Shown here piece by piece: positions 12,635-25,722 of a DNA stretch of 64,000 nt. The position numbers and the translations under genes were made by a program. The stretch covers positions 71,114,001-71,178,000 of the forward strand of contig OZ024741.1 of NCBI GenBank assembly GCA_964016885.1. Direction: 5' to 3'. The notes beneath the pieces were generated by a model, which was given only the letters and a program-made list of their open reading frames with translations, was not told the origin of the DNA and did no database searches. The stretch is from Eledone cirrhosa (taxonomy: Eukaryota). Each line of letters begins with the position of its first letter. Position 1 is the first letter of the stretch.

Positions 12635-15600
12635 TCACTATTTATCATCCATTTTTCCACTATATATATAAACCAATGTGTTTACAAAGATATTGAACAA
12701 GTTTGAAATCTATTTGCTTTTTTCATGAAAAGCTTCTACAATGCATATATTAACTATAAAACAGTTGTATAAATCAGGAATCAAACTACCCATCTGCCAT
12801 ATACCAGACAGCTGTGATTCTCTGCAAATACTATGGAAGTTTAACATTCATACAACCAAACAGCATGTAATAATTCTGACATTTTTCTCCATGACAAAAA
12901 TTGTAATAGCATAGTAACCATTTTGTTACTATATTTCTAATGAAAGACACTGCAGATAATTTTCAAATCGTTTTGATATACAGAATTTTGAATGATTTAG
13001 TAATACAATCAGCATTGTATCAAAGAAGTAAGGACACTTTCATGTAGGATTGATATTGGAGTGGTTAATAGAGACAGTTTCAGGAAGGTTGGTATTGAAA
13101 ACATTCAGATAATGGTCCAAGTTTTCTAACAAACTAACAAGCATCTATACAATATAGTAAAATGCAAGTAAATCTATTCCACATGCCACCACCATAAATG
13201 AAAGTTAAGGGTCAGTCTGCCTCATGATCCTGACTGCTGGTGAGGGGGATGCACTGGAACAGCCACTGCACTTCACAGGGTTCGCACTTGCAGGTGGCCA
13301 ATTCCACTTCGATAGCAGTGAGTAGGGATTATTTATTTGATGTTTAGAACATTACATTTATTTGATTCTATATTGGGAAGTGAATTACGTGTGTCTACAG
13401 CTATTCTTTATCAGATATGCCAGATATTTGATTTAGATATGTTCTTTTTAAATACAAGTACATTATGTCTCCTGTCTTTCTCTTTATCTCTATGTTGGGA
13501 ATAGTAAACTTAAAGACTCTTAACATAAAATTATGATGGAAGGGTTTCTTTTAGATAGATATAAAATATACAGTATTGTTTTGTATGGTAGAACACTGAA
13601 TATTTTTATGCAGGTATTCTAATGAACATTCTCTTTAACATTTCTATACATATTCTCCATGATGTAGTACCTAATTCTTATATTAAGCAATGAAGGTTTT
13701 CGTGTATGAAGAAGAAAAAGAAAAAAAAGAAAAAAAAGAAGAAAAAAAGAAGAAAAAAAGAAAAAAAAGAAAAAGAAAAAGATGATGATGATGATAAATT
13801 GCAACAAAAAAGGAGCTTAGCTGAAATGTGATATGTGATCATTAAGGTATGCAGACTTTCCTTTGCAAAATGATCAGCCAGAGTAATAGAGTTGACCTGG
13901 AAGGTGTTCAAGAATCCTCCAAATTATGTAAGAACATACCTTTTTGTAATGTAGAGTTCTTGCAGAAAATATATGTATGTGTAAGTTTTTGGCCCATAGT
14001 ACCCAACACCCCTGAATAGCAAGGAACCTTATATACCTGGGTGGTGTTCACTTAAAAAATTACTAGAAGAGCAAATAAAAAAAAGTTGGCAGCAAGCAAA
14101 ATGCATTTATTTATTTGTTTGTTTATCCCCCCTCCTCACTTGGTTCTTATTTCAAGATTCCAACCAGATGCTGACGTTACACCCTTCATCCCTCTGAGTT
14201 GGTAGAGCATTGAACAAAATATGTTAGAGTATTTGTTCTGGAATGTTAAATGCTGACTACTCTGGGTTTAAAATTCAACCAAGGTCAACTTTTTTCCTTT
14301 CATCCTTCCAGTCAAGTACTGGAGTAAATGTAATCTATTTCTTCCCTCCCTGTAAGTTGGTTGCCTCATGCCTAAATTAGAAACCATTCTTTCAATGATT
14401 AATGATATAAAGTATGAGTCCAGGACAGTGAACTGGTGAAATTGTTAGATAGTCAGATGAGATGCCATGTGGTATCTGTTCCAGCTTTTTACATTCTGTG
14501 TTCAAATCCTGCTATGGCTTACTTGGGTGATAGACTCAGTCTGTCTTTTAGTTAGTTTAACACTACCAACAGGCTCTTGGGCACATTTAGCAGAGTTCAC
14601 TGTGTGCATCTGGTTTACAATAGATACACCTTATCCTTGCATGTTCTAGAATCAACTAAAAGGGTTGGTGCCAGGAAGGGCATCCAGTCATAAAACATCA
14701 TCTTAAAATAGACTCTATGATGGGTATGAAGTTTATCTGATGACTCGCAAGGCTAACACTAATTTCAACAAGGAAAATGGCCATAAAATACTTGTTGTGT
14801 TGTACTATGTCACAAGCATCTGGGCCAGGACTTTCATTTAAAGATATCCTCCTCCCTCATTTTCAGAAATTGAAGAAGCCCTGAAAAGAGTAATGGGCAC
14901 TCTCCTTCCTTCCTCTTTGATTAAACATTTTTAAAAAAAAACAAAAAAAATATTGCTAAAATTTGAACCAGTAATATGTATGTCTTGGGTATTCTAAATC
15001 TAGAAGAGTCTATCCATCTCCAGGTCTAAACAGAGCTGATGTCTTCCAAAGAAGGAGAGAGAGGAACTGAGAAAGATATATCGAGGAAGAATTGACTCCT
15101 AGTAGAGGACAGGTACTTCTTTTTTCTGACTTCAAAAGGATGAAAGGCAAAGGTGACCTCGAGTGCAGAAAGCTGGAATAAATACTGCAAAAACTTCTAT
15201 CCGATGTTCTCACAGCTCTGCCAATTCACCTCTTTGAACCAATAATACTAGAATCTATTTACTTGACTGCTCCCTTTCCTCTTCCTCTGTAAAAAAATTA
15301 AACCTTGCACCTTAATATGAAATCAATAAACCTGAAAATCTAGCAATTATTGAAATTGACAATTTGATTCTAACAACATTTTATTTCTCCAAGTTAGAAA
15401 CAAATAAATTACTTATTTCATATTTTTTAACAGCAGAGAAAACTAATTCTTTGAAACTGGAAATATCTCTTGGCAAAATAAAGTTTGCATTAACATTCAG
15501 AACTACATAGAAATCTGAAGCAGGTAAACAATATTATCAATAAATTGAAAACTATTCAGCTATTAGAAGTAAACCAATACAAGTTTGACTCTGGGCATTT

Positions 15601-16717
15601 CCACAGATTAATTTATTTTAACCTTATTGATACTGAACTGCCTGAAAATGGTTATGATTCAACAATACGAAACTGTTTTAACGTGTTTATATTTATCAAA
15701 AAAATTTATCACCAGGATTTTATGTAAGAACCTTTGTTAAGTTATGTTACAAACAACAATTTAATAATGAGAAAGTTTGTTATTAAATCCTGAAAAATTC
15801 TTGGTTATTTTTCAAAATGATTTTAAAATTAGAGGCAATGTTTTTTATTAGAAATATGGTAACAAAAGGTATAATAGAGAAAAGGCAGTAGGGTTTGAGA
15901 AAACTAGAGATGATCTGGAATGGCAAAGATGACATTGTCATCATTTTTACATTTGTTTTTCTATGGTGGCATGGATTGGACGAGACTATTTGGAGCTAGT
16001 AATCAAACATGAGCCAGTGTTTAACCAAGCTATAGTTTACCACCCGAGTAGGCCACAGTTAAATTTGTACTCAGAACACTAAGAACCAGAACAAATAACA
16101 AGGAATCTCAGGTCCCCATCTCTGCTGAAAAGCAAGTGCCTTCTACTATAAGCTAAAGCCTACTCTTGTGAGGGGATTAAGAAGAGGGAAACTGTGAGGA
16201 AGCCCATTATATGTGTATATAAGTGCATCTGTGTGTGCATCTCAACACAGCTTAAAGAAAGTGTGACATTTGTTAATCTCTAACATTAAGAATATGTTTC
16301 ACAGGTTAGCAGTTCAACATAGATCAGTGGTATGTACCATACTTGTAAAATAAGGATTGGCATCAGAAAGGGCATGTAACTATAAAAAACTACCTCAAAA
16401 CATCAATTTAGCCCATGCTGGTATGAAAAAAAAAAGCAAAAACAAAACACAGGCATATACGAGGGTTGTGATGAAGATGAAGATAGAAAATTGGAAACGT
16501 TATTCAAAGCTTACAAATAACAATATTTTATTATATTTTGAAAATATCAGCCATATTTCTCAATATTTTAAAGAAAAACTAGCTCTCAAGTTAACTCTTT
16601 TGACACCAAACCGGCCAAATCCAGCTTTGGTTCCATGAAATATAACAAGCTATTTTAAAGGGTTCCTAAATTAAAATCTCCCAATATATATACACACACA
16701 CACACTCATATATATAT

Positions 16718-16759
<42 letters not shown>

Positions 16760-16999
16760 CACACACACACAGACAGATGTGAAGAATCAAAACATAACAA
16801 ATATGATTGATTTTTGTTAGACTTTGTCCAGAGCCATAATAATTCAAGTATAAAAGATATATGTATATATATATAGGGAGAGAGAAAGGACCATATATCT
16901 GTGAGAAGACACAATTGTAAATATATACAGAGCACATATTTCAAAGACTACTACATATTTCAAAGACAATGTACTCCATTGTGTTTTCTCACGAATATA

Positions 17000-17064
<65 letters not shown>

Positions 17065-17066
<2 letters not shown>

Positions 17067-18587
17067 CATCATCATCATCATCATCATCAACGTTTAACGT
17101 CCGTGTTCCACGCTTGCATGGGTTTGGACGGGGGTAGTCCCACTTGAGGCAAGAGTGATTGTCTTGCTCGCATAGGACTGTCTGGCAGGTTTTCTACAGT
17201 TGGATGCCCTTCCTAACACCAACCACATTTACAGTGTGGGTCTGGGAGGTTTTTACCGTGTTGCCTACACGGCCACATTACAGCGTGGACTGTGTGTTTT
17301 TTTGTCGTGACACCTACACGATCTCATTTGTTTCGGCCTCGATGGCGCGGCACCAACATAACTTTACATAGAACGGGGTGGTGTGGATGGGGTGGGGGTG
17401 GTGGTGGTGGGACGGGGTGTATTTTGTTAGAGATGCCTACTGGCTGGAGTAGGTTTTACTATATATTTAGGTAAGGCGGGTCTTCTCTGTTACTGAGTAC
17501 CGCCAAAGGTCTCGGTCCAGTGACATTGTCTTGGAGAGGTGTAAGTGTGTGATGTCGGAGTTTATCAGCTCGTCCCAGGTTTTTCTAGGTCTGCCTATTC
17601 CGTGACTACCGTCTATCTTTATTGCCCTGCACTTTGTTATACAGCTATCGACTTTCATGCGCATCACGTGTCCATACCAACGTAGCCTTCTCTCGAGTAA
17701 ACAACATCTGATCCCTCTTATCTCTAATTTTTTCCTTAGTTCGTTTATGCTTTGCCGTTCACGTATATTACTGTTACACATCCAGCGGAGCATGCAAGCT
17801 TCGTTCCTCTCTAGTCTGCGTATATCCTCTGCACACAATGCCCAGGTCTCACTGCCATGCAGCATTGCTGTTCGTATGCAGGCATCGTACAACCTGCCTT
17901 TCATTTTTAGGGAGAACCCTTTAGCAGCTAATAGTGGTATAAGCTCTCTGAACTTTTTCCAACCAGTTCTGACTCTAGCTACAGTACTTTCAGGGCACCC
18001 TCCCCCACTGCTGATTTTATCGCCCAGGTAACGGAAGCTGTCCACTATTTCTATAGAACCCTCTGCACAATTGAAAGAGCTAGTATTTTGTGGGCACTTG
18101 CTGCTACTTATTGCACCAGAACACCGGCCACATGTAAAATCTATGTTCTTAGTTAGCTTACCTGTGATCCCACTACATCTTTTATGCACCCATACTTTGC
18201 ATTTAGGACATAAAATGGAGTTTCTACCTACGCCTTTCCTACACACCGAGCACGACCATTTCCCAGAAGGGACCGCCGCCTTGTTTTCTTTCCTACAAAC
18301 TAGTACTTTGGTCTTAGCCAGGTTAATTTTAAGTCCTTTTGACTCTAGGCCGTGCTTCCATGTTTGGAATTTCTTCTCTAGCTCGGCCATTGATTCCGCT
18401 ATGAGTGTCAGGTCGTCTGCGTATAGGAGTTCCCATGGGCAGCCTGTCTTGAACTCCACTGTTATAGCCTGAAGGGCAATAATAAATAGTAGGGGGCTGA
18501 GAACAGAGCCCTGATGGACGCCAACTTTTACGCTAAACTCTTCACTATATTCGTTGTTAATTCTAACCTTGCTGACTGTTTCTTTAT
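17065..18587 (-). mobile_element. 5'-truncated RTE family 1 copy with open RT C-terminal half (17467-18587)
   Basis: Near-identical to 3862-5490, with YADD and the PHD insert. Both ends abut (TA)n. The ORF-track N-terminus to 18816 is read-through into the adjacent PLE. Confidence 0.93.
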
Positions 18588-18692
18588 ATATATATATATA
18601 TATATATAATGAAAAATTGAACGGGAACAAAACAGAGAGGCAGTACAACAAATGTTTATTAATTTCATGCTCTTGAGAGTGGGGTGGTGGTG

Positions 18693-18730
18693 GGAACGAC
18701 GTTTCGGGCATAAGCCCTTCTTCAGGTGAA
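18693..18730 (-). ncRNA. Minimal hammerhead ribozyme in PLE pLTR
   Basis: CTGAAGA-agggcttatgccc-GAAA-cg-TC; core intact, stem I weak. Confidence 0.75.
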
Positions 18731-20090
18731 AAGTGTGTGGGACGAGGGTTCAAAGGGTGTGTAGGGGAGTGGTGGAGAGACATATAGCAAAAAGGGGGTG
18801 AGAGGAAACGGTGCAAATGAAATTAAAAATAAAGGCATGATCAAAATAAAATTAAAATGGGGTAAAACAGGTGGTGGAGGGGTGTGGGGCGTGTAGGGGT
18901 GGTGGCGGGTGGAGTGGGGAGAGGGAGACGGGGTGTCCGAGCGGGGAGGGCTGAAGGTGGTGTGTGTGTGTGTGTGTAGGTGTACGTGTGTGTGTGTGTG
19001 TGTATGTGAAAGCAAGGGTTGGGGGAAGAACGGGGTTGCATGTTCAGGAAGAGGTGTGTGTGGAGTGGGGTGTAGGTCGGAGTGTGTGTGCGTGTGTGAA
19101 TAGAGGGGTGGGGGGAGAGGAATCCGGAGTCTGAATGTGTAAATAATATGTGGTGGTATGCACGTGTGTGTGTGGTGTTTAAACGTGTTGTGGGTGTAGG
19201 TGGCGTGTGGGAAAAAAAATTATTTTGGGGTGTGTTTGTGGGTGAGTCATAAAGGTGATTCCGTAAGAGGATGTGGTGGAATGCTTGGTAAAATCCTTGA
19301 TTGTGGTTAATTCCGGGATCAGGGTTCACATACGTGTAATCCGTGAAGAGATTGGTTGGAAGAGGGGAGATGTGGGGTGCACGCGCAACAGGAAGTGGTC
19401 AAGGCAGGAGGAGTGTGGTGTGTCTGTGGTCAGAGGGCATAGCAGCAGTAGGGTAGAATGGTAAGGGGGAGAGGATGGGTAGGTGTGAAAGTTGGAGTGA
19501 GGAGGGGGTGTGTGTGTTTATTAGTAGAGGTGTTAGTGGGATGAGTGAGTGTTTGAGAAAGGGTGTGGGTGGAGCGGGGAGGGAAGGGTGTGGGGGTCGA
19601 TGGAGGGAGTGTAGTGTACTGGTGTGTGTGTTTCGTGAAGGGGGTGTTAGTGGGTGTTAGTATACAGGAGGTGGAGAAAGGGTTGAATGCAGGTGTGAGT
19701 GGGGGTCAATGGTGGTAGGGTGTGTAGAGTGGGTGGTGTAAGAGGGTGTGTGTACGTGTGCGTAGGGTTGGGGGGTGTTAGTGATGTTAGTTGCGTGTAG
19801 GGTGGGTGTGTGTGTTCGTGTGCTTGGGGTCAGGGGGTGTTAGTGATATTAGTTGCAGGGTGGTGGGGTGGATGTGTGGGGGTGAGGGTTAGTGGTGGTA
19901 GTAGGGTGTGTGTTTAGTGTGAGTGCGTGTATATATGTGCCGGTGGGTGTGTGCGTGTGATAAGGAGGGGGGAGGAGAAGGGAGGGATGTTAGTATGTTA
20001 GTTGGGGGAGGGTGGTCGGATGTGGGGTGGAGTGGAGGTGTTAGTATTGTTAGTGGGGGGTATGTGTGGGTGGAGGGGGGCGGTCGAAAG

Positions 20091-20826
20091 CTAAAGGAAT
20101 AAGGGTGGGGAGTTCAGGCCGGGGGGAGTGTGAATCTGTAAGATGAAGATGGTTCGTTGTTCAACTCTTAAGAGATTGGCGGGTGTTCCGTGGCATTGGA
20201 GTAGGCCACAGACTGTGAGATGGGGTGCGGAATGTCCAGGGGCACCAAAGCGGCGGGCGATGGGGGAACTACCACCGAGACGAATATCCCGGAGGTGCTC
20301 AGTAAATCTGTCCGCCAGGCGACGTCCAGTCTGTCCAACGTAAGTCGCGCTGCACTCCGTGCAGCGAAGTCCGTAGACTAGGTTGGAGGAGGTGCAGCGG
20401 AAGGCATGCCGGACAGAGAGAGAGTGGCCGTTGGGACCCTGGAAGGTGGTGGGGTTGGTGATGTGGGGACAGGTGTTGCAACGGGGCCTAGAACAGGGAA
20501 AGGAACCGGGGGGGGGAAGAGAGCGTGGGTTGGGGGGTAGGGAGCTGTGGACGAGGAGGGTGCGGAGATTGCGTGGTCGTTTGAAGGAGTGGGGCTGGGA
20601 AGATGTGGGAGGTGGAGGGGTCGGACTGGAGGCGTCGGAAGAGGCGGAGGATGGTGTGGTGGAGGGGTGGTAGGTGATGGGGAAGGGGAGACGGTGGGTG
20701 GGTGTGCGGTGGCGTGGGGTGAGGGTGGTGGAGCGGTGGACAGCACGGGCGCGGGTGAGAGCGGTGTGGACAAGAGAGGGGGGGGTAACCTCTGCGAATG
20801 AAATGGCTGACTAGGGAAAGGGCCTG
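20091..20826 (-). pseudogene. PLE C-terminal GIY-YIG endonuclease coding relic (frameshifted)
   Basis: VY...YVGQT...R..EH...E...GLN motif set of PLE GIY-YIG domains; the ORF track does not report this frame. Confidence 0.88.
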
Positions 20827-20831
20827 ATATA

Positions 20832-20881
<50 letters not shown>

Positions 20882-20882
<1 letters not shown>

Positions 20883-21515
20883 GACCACCACCAACATTGG
20901 ATTCCACACCACCGGACACTTCTCCAACCATCCACTCCATACCATGGAAAATATCCAGCATCTTTTCTCACACTCGATGGAACTACCTCAGGAACTTACC
21001 CACGGACATACTCTCACATTTTTTTTCGCACCACGCCACCCGCATCCACACCACATATAAACACAAACACACACGTACCCCCACTTATACACACTCAACC
21101 TCCGGAATCCATTCTTCTTCTCACATCGTCCTTCTTCTCACATACACAAACACACACATACTCACGTACACCTACACACATACACCACCTTCAGCCTTCC
21201 CTGCTTTGACCCCCCGCCTCCCTCACCCAACTCCACCCGCCACCACCCTTACACCCTTCCACCACTTGCTCATCTTATTGTTAATTCTTATGTTTATTTT
21301 TACGTTTATTTTTATTTTTATTTGTTCTCCTTCCCCCCTTTTTTCTAAATGTATTTCCACACACCCTCGGAACTCTCTTCCTAACCTATTTATCCTGAAG
21401 AAGGGCTTATGCCCGAAACGTCGACCCCCCGCCCCCTCCCACTCTCAAGAGCGTGAACCTAATAAACCTTTATTTGTCTGCCTCTCTGTTTTGTTCCCGT
21501 CTAAATTTACACTAT
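20882..21515 (+). mobile_element. Inverted, diverged copy of the PLE 3' region/pLTR
   Basis: Homologous to the reverse complement of ~18609-19440, with the same HHR, ctctcaagagc.tgaa, AATAAA and ctgcctctctgttttgttcccgt; ends in (TA)n. Confidence 0.85.
21391..21426 (+). ncRNA. Minimal hammerhead ribozyme in PLE pLTR
   Basis: CTGAAGA-agggcttatgccc-GAAA-cg-TC, identical core to 18693-18730. Confidence 0.75.
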
Positions 21516-21539
21516 ATATATATATACATATATATATGA

Positions 21540-22269
21540 TATTTAGGTATGACTTTCTTTATATATTCTTTATATGAATTATTGATTGCTTTATCCTGTA
21601 TCTCATGTCTGATATTTTTGCCTGAGAAAATACCTATATGTGTGTATAGATGGTGTGTACATATATTTATTATTTTTTTTTTAATATCTCTATGTGTGTA
21701 TCGATACTACATACATATATTTATTTTTTTTATATCCAATTCAGTTCTTAAACATGTGGTTAAATACCTAACAGGTTTCAATGACCAGCGTGTATATTGT
21801 TTTATATTCTACGATGACCTCCCCTTTCCCTTTTGGGGACAGTGTGAATTTTCTTTTCGAAGGACTACTGGCTTTTCAAATTTAGCTGTCCTTTTAGCAC
21901 TGACGGAGACCATTACTAATTTATTAATATCGATGTTGTTTTTTATATCGATATTGAATGGGCATCCACTGATGAGTTATAAGGGCCCGCTTGTGTGTAT
22001 ATCTATGGATTATATACAAGTTTCTACATAACTTGGACATTATTTATCCCATATTGTAGAAATCTTATAATGAAACGATCGTATGGAAGGAAAGAGAGAT
22101 TTATTTAATTATGTCTCATATAAAATAATACAACCAGCTATCACGCAATACTGTATAGTTAGCACCCCAAACACTAAATTGGGATTATACTCAGGTATAT
22201 CCTAATGTTTGTTGAGTGAGATGGAGTTGGTCAGAGCATCGCTTAAAGCTTTCTCTGTTAATGTATTAA

Positions 22270-22270
<1 letters not shown>
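21540..22270 (+). mobile_element. Non-coding HHR-bearing repeat, probably PLE-derived
   Basis: Bounded by TA-rich tracts and contains the HHR; 22084-22270 is homologous to the island at 50368-50555. Confidence 0.55.
21965..22087 (+). ncRNA. Type I hammerhead with greatly extended, branched stem II
   Basis: tcca-CTGATGA-gttataag...cttataat-GAAA-cgatcg-TA-tgga. Stem I tcca/tgga, stem II base 8 bp, palindromic stem III, GUA site. Confidence 0.78.
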
Positions 22271-22302
<32 letters not shown>

Positions 22303-22959
22303 TATATATCTTTTATACTTGAATTATATAAGAACCATATCTTAATAATAAAATAATTTTAGTAAATAATGTATTTCATTAGAAATATGCGTCCTTTAAT
22401 TGATTTCTCAACCACCCTCAATTCATGATACAAAACTGCTCACCTTAAAATATTTATCCTTATATTAAAACCTTTCATCATAATTTTATTTCAAAAATGT
22501 TTCAAGTATTGTTCTTAATATCAGCTTACTAATGAAAAACTTGTCATTTTATTAAATCCCTTGAAATATTTGGTCATTTAAAAAAATTATATGAAACACA
22601 GTGTATTTCATTAGAAATATGATAATGAAAGGGTTAAAGAAAGAAATGAGGTTTTTTTGTTGTTGTTTTTTGTGCCTTTTTTTCTTCTAAAAAGATCAAT
22701 ATATAATTATAAAAACAAAATGACATAAAGCAGCAGTAGTAGTACACCCCCTGCTTCTCCTTGACATGGTTGTGCATGTTTCTATTGTGATAACCACAGA
22801 CCAGGAGAAGAGGAAGGGCTATTCAACTGAACTGGTTGCCTTTGACAAAAATCAACACTGACATTGATTATACCCTTCCTTGTCACACACACACACATTC
22901 ATTTATTCTGCTACTTACCCAAGCAGGCAACTAAACAAAATACACTAATCCTCCCCCAT

Positions 22960-23200
22960 CCACCCACCTTCTAAGGATGCTACCAGCCAGCTCAAACACC
23001 AGTTTTAATTACACACATCCAGTAATTTTATCCACTTATCATCCACCCCTGTTTTTCCATCAAGGATGCTACCAACCAGCTCAAACACCTTTTTTAATTA
23101 CACACATTCAGTCACTTTTACTCATCATCCACCCCTGTTCTTCCAACAAGGATGCTACAAGCCAGCTGAAACACCCTTTTTAATTAAACATCCAGTCATT
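22960..23200 (+). repeat. Three degenerate ~87-bp tandem units
   Basis: aaggatgctac.a.ccagct.aaacacc...tttaatta repeated three times. Confidence 0.8.
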
Positions 23201-23477
23201 TTATTTGCTAAATAAAACAAGTTTTTTGTTTGTTTGTTTGTTTTTTATATAATGTTTCAATCTGGTTTTTATTTTGTTATTCTTCTTCAATTTATTATAT
23301 TCAGAAAAAATAGCAAATAAAATAAAGAATTGTTATTTCACATTCATTCAAACAATTGTCTTGTACTTCTGTTTACTCATTAGAATGTAGGACAAAATGC
23401 TTTGTGGTGTTTGTTCTGGCTCTCAGTGTTTAGAGTTCAAATCTTGCCAATATCATCTTTGCCTTTCCTTCTTCTAA

Positions 23478-23700
23478 TAATTGTTTCTACTTTAGGCACA
23501 AGGCCAGCAATTTTTTTAGGGAGGGTAAGTCAATTAAATCGATCCCGGCGCATCACTGGTACTTTATTTTATCAATCCCTGTAAGGATGAAAGGCAAAGC
23601 TAACCTCGGTGGGATTTGAACTCAGAACGCAAAGGACCGTAACTCTATGCTGCAAAGCATGGCGTCCGACTCTCTGCCGGTACTGCCTGTCCACTGCCCT
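23478..23700 (-). mobile_element. Full-length tRNA-head SINE
   Basis: Complete reverse complement of the 25497 family sequence. Confidence 0.85.
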
Positions 23701-24899
23701 ATAATAATGTAGTATATATTCTGGTTCTCTGCTGTGAGTTGAAATCCTGTCAATGTCAACTTTGTCTTTGATATTTTCATGGGTCAATAGAAGAAAGTAT
23801 TAATCTAGTTGGGTCAACTGGTGGAATTGTTATAGCACCATGAGGTGCCTTGTGGTATTTGTTCTGGTTGTTTGTGTTGAATAAAGAGGAGGAACTAACT
23901 AACCTTCCCAGCCTGGCTAAATAGTGTATGGTGAGGGGGAGAATGGAAATGAATACTTGCTATTTCATATTTGTTCAAATAATTGCCTTGTGCCTCCATT
24001 TATTTAAACCTTTCATTACCATATTTGTAATGAAAGAGACTGACTATTATTTTACTTATTTAAATGCTTAAGTTAATTAGATCCCTAATATTAAACAAAC
24101 ACTCAAATTATATTATGCATAGGAAAAACAAAAAGACATTTCAAATTATTTAAGCAAATATGACTATATTTATTTCTGATGAAATAAATTGCCTGTATGT
24201 TTCATTTAACATCCTGAAATGATTTAGCAAAAATTTTTTAAAAAACAAGTTTGTTAACTCAAATATTTATAGTATCTTTACTAATGGACAGATTGCGAAA
24301 ATTTGCAGTATTAGAGTAAAGATTTAATGTGATGCAGTCATAGTGCTGTTTTGTACTTTTCAAAAATATCTTATGTGGTGTCAGGATTTTAAGAGTTAAT
24401 GTATAACTTATCAAAAGCTTCTGGAAAAAAATTATGGGAGGTTTTAATTTAAATATAACCACTTCAAAATGAAAATTTTTGTGCCACAAAACCAAGGCAG
24501 TCTCAGGCAGGGTTAAATGAATGGAATTAAAATGGAGTAGCGAGATTGGAGGGAGGTTAGCTTTGTTTGAGATAACATTTCTAGTACTGGTGGCATGATA
24601 AAATACACCCAACCATTGCTGTAAAGTGGTTGATGATAGCAACGACATCTGACTATAAAAATCATGAGCAGGGGGGACTTTTTAATAATATTGGAGATAA
24701 TGTCTGTAGCTAAAGCCTAGTTCTTTTCAGTGGCTGATAATACCTTACCGGCACCACTCGAATAAGGTAATTATTTAACCCATAAATGTGCCATGACAAA
24801 ATATAAACAGACCATGCTGTAAAGTAGTTGGTGATAGGAATGGGACCCAGAAATCAAACTCATGCTAAGTAGAAGACATACACAACAAAGATTAGCTGG

Positions 24900-25210
24900 T
24901 TTCCTCTGTTCCCATGTGGGCCAAATGATGAAGGATTGCCTGGAGTAGGGTGGACAAGATGATGATGAAACTCCCTCTTCTACTTTACCTGCATATTGCG
25001 GTCAGAGTGACCGGGGCTTTTGTGGGCTTTCTCTATGAGTAACCCTTGGAGTATCCTCACCTTTGGAGAATTTGTTATGTCTGTTTTTTTTTTAAATGTT
25101 TATTTTCTTAATCTCTGTTATAAATTTTATTTTACACAAAAAAACACTATCGTCCTGTACCGTCTTTAATGTTTCCTTAATGTGAGCCCTATGTGGCTAA
25201 TAAAGAATTA

Positions 25211-25247
<37 letters not shown>
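24900..25247 (+). mobile_element. Probable LINE 3' end with AATAAA and (ATT)n tail
   Basis: T-rich UTR, then gtgagccctatgtggctAATAAAgaa(tta)n; clade not determinable from this fragment. Confidence 0.4.
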
Positions 25248-25254
25248 GGAGGAG

Positions 25255-25722
25255 GAAGGCAGTGGGTGGCAGAATTGGTAAAGCATTGGACAAACTGCTT
25301 AACAGTGTTTAGTTACAGCCCTCTACGTTCTGAGCTCAAATCCTGTCAAGGTCAACTTTGCCTTTCATCGTTCCGGATTCAATAAAATAAACTACCAGTA
25401 AAGTAGTGGGGTCGATTTAATCAACTTTCCTCCTTCCCTTCAAATTGCTGGCCTTTTGCCAAATGTAGAAGCAATTATTATTATTATTAATGTTTAGGGC
25501 GGTGGATTGGCAGTATCGGTAGAGGGTCGGACGCCATGTTTTGCAGCATAGAGTTGCAGTCCTTTATGATCTGAGTTCAAATCCTGCCAAGGTTAACTTT
25601 GCCTTTCAACCTTTCGGGGATCGATAAAATAAAGTACCAGTCACGAACTGGGGCCGATTTGATCGACTTTCCCCTCCCCTAAAATTGCTGGCCTTGTGCC
25701 TATATAAGAAACCATTATTATT
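25255..25722 (+). mobile_element. Two tandem tRNA-head SINEs; reference copy 25497-25722
   Basis: A-box-like TGGCAGTATCGG, B-box GAGTTCAAATCC, central gcctttca.cctttcgggg.tcgataaa core resembling the Meta-SINE domain, (TTA)n tail. Confidence 0.85.

Larger units (their letters stand above)
18609..20827 (-). mobile_element. 5'-truncated Penelope-like element: RT thumb, Zn-linker and GIY-YIG endonuclease, plus long C/A-rich 3' region/pLTR
   Basis: Manual translation: HFIRRGYP...FKRPRNLRTLLVHSSLP...PGSFPCSRPRCNTCPH...FRCTSSNLVYGLRCTECSATYVGQTGRRLADRFTEHLRDI...GHS...EQRTIFILQIHTPPGLN, stop at 20091-20093. HHR core and AATAAA lie near the 3' end. Confidence 0.9.

Noticed and set aside
13205-13330. 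GC-richer island as a possible host exon
   Set aside because: No recognisable peptide or convincing splice-site pair
25497-25600. tRNA gene
   Set aside because: The A/B boxes belong to a SINE head; no cloverleaf, and it continues into SINE body and tail
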